A stretch of DNA of 64,000 nt. It comes from Calcarisporiella thermophila CBS 279.70 (taxonomy: Eukaryota > Fungi > Calcarisporiellomycota). A program made the position numbers and the translations under genes. Where the stretch lies: NCBI RefSeq assembly GCF_041956535.1, contig NW_027192225.1, forward strand, positions 64,890 to 128,889. The letters run 5' to 3'. The notes beneath the pieces are model-generated. The model was not told the DNA's origin, ran no database searches, and was given only the letters and a program-made list of their open reading frames with translations. Below, piece by piece: positions 62,942 through 64,000 of this stretch. Positions within the stretch are counted from its first letter, which is position 1. Each line of letters starts with the position of its first letter.

Positions 62942-64000
62942 TTAGCTTTCAACCGAAGTGGCGAGTCGCGTCCCCAGAGCCTGCTCCACTAGACTACGAA
63001 ACTCAACGCTCAGTTCAGGATTCTGTAGAATTATCTCCACCGCTTCCACCGTTTCGTCTGCAGTAGCAAGCGAGGCATTGAATGCAGACACCACTGATGA
63101 AAACAAGATGCAATTTAGAACTAGTACTACCGCAGGTGACCGGTAGAAAATGAGTCCATACCTTTGGCGAATTCGGCGAATTTCTCCACAGACAAGTTAT
63201 CTCTTATTCGCTTGTACAGCATAGTGAATGCGCTGCGTGGCACTACGCCTTCGGTACTTCTAGCCCGGGCGATACGAGAGGCAATGGAGGCCGGCATGGA
63301 ATGTCGATGAGGCTGGGAACTCAAGAACTTGTATTCCATAGGTGGGGAGGAGTTGTTGGAAGTTGGATCGTGCTCGATATTATTGCGAGAGGAACTTCGC
63401 TTAAGCCTATTGACCAGCGAAGTAGAACGGGTGTAGTGTTGGCACGGATCTTCTTGCTGGCTACTGAACTCTTTATTTGACTCAAAACTAAGTTCAGGGT
63501 GGAGAAGGAGGTGTTTTTCATCAAAGGAGGTGGCGCGCTGGTACAGATTATCGCCCCTTCGTTGTCGAGCAAGTGGGGGAATAATCGTTCGTGATGTGGG
63601 GCGTTCTAGTGAGGAAGTACGAATAATGCTTGGAGTTGTGATAGTGATGGACTTTGGTCGACGCACCCCATAACTAGAAGCGGAATCAAGTGACCTGTGA
63701 AGAGCCACAGGTTTCTTTGTGGACTCATTAGGGATATTCGATGGGGAATGGGCATTATTGGGGTTAGTTTCCTCGAGAGAAAGGTCCGTCAAGGAAAGCT
63801 TGGTATCAATAGAGGTTGTAGAATTATCGATATTAATGGGGTTCTCGCTTTGTATCATTTCAACCACTGACTATATTATGAAGAGTTGAATAGAAATAGG
63901 CATACTTATATAAGTATACCTGAATTGCATAGATGCTTGCATTATGGCCAAAAATGAAAAATAAAACCTACCTTACGAAATGAATGCAAGTGCCCCGTTT
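62942..64000 (-). CDS. Uncharacterised protein, 3' part: disordered Ser-rich region plus a small C-terminal helical domain
   Basis: The 246-aa ORF exon 63127-63867 splices to VVSAFNASLATADETVEAVEIILQNPELSVEFRSLVEQAL..*. Further splice signals lie near 63920-63970, so the gene probably starts beyond the window. Confidence 0.65.

Noticed and set aside
1-64000. tRNA, rRNA, CRISPR arrays, intact mobile elements or a secondary-metabolite cluster
   Set aside because: No cloverleaf, rRNA-like sequence, repeat-spacer array, LTR/TIR or backbone synthase was seen on manual reading.

Overview
Gene-dense, intron-rich eukaryotic DNA. It is most likely from an early-diverging (non-Dikarya) fungus: fungal-type SHO1, Zn2Cys6, FlbA/Sst2 and NOP13 occur alongside animal-shared UXT, RPAIN, MTH1 and a long DCP1 with a C-terminal helical domain. 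I can support 25 protein-coding loci, two of them cut off by the window ends. I found no rRNA, tRNA, CRISPR array or recognisable transposon. The standout is a ~961-aa single-pass receptor-like protein (14483-17450): signal peptide, Kelch ectodomain interrupted by a mucin-like S/T/P insert with dibasic cleavage sites, a GxxxG transmembrane helix, then an intracellular kinase-fold domain lacking the VAIK Lys, HRD Asp and DFG Asp. It lies tail-to-tail with SHO1, which is followed by a secreted Pro-rich protein gene, making a candidate undescribed fungal surface-sensing module. Other points of interest are a neprilysin (M13) gene with two lesions, a degenerate PDK-like pseudoenzyme, a head-to-head proteasome gene pair, a long-range stem in the RPL32 5'UTR intron and recurring promoter motifs. 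All assignments come from manual motif recognition without database searches, and exon boundaries are inferred from GT-AG and branch-point signals.
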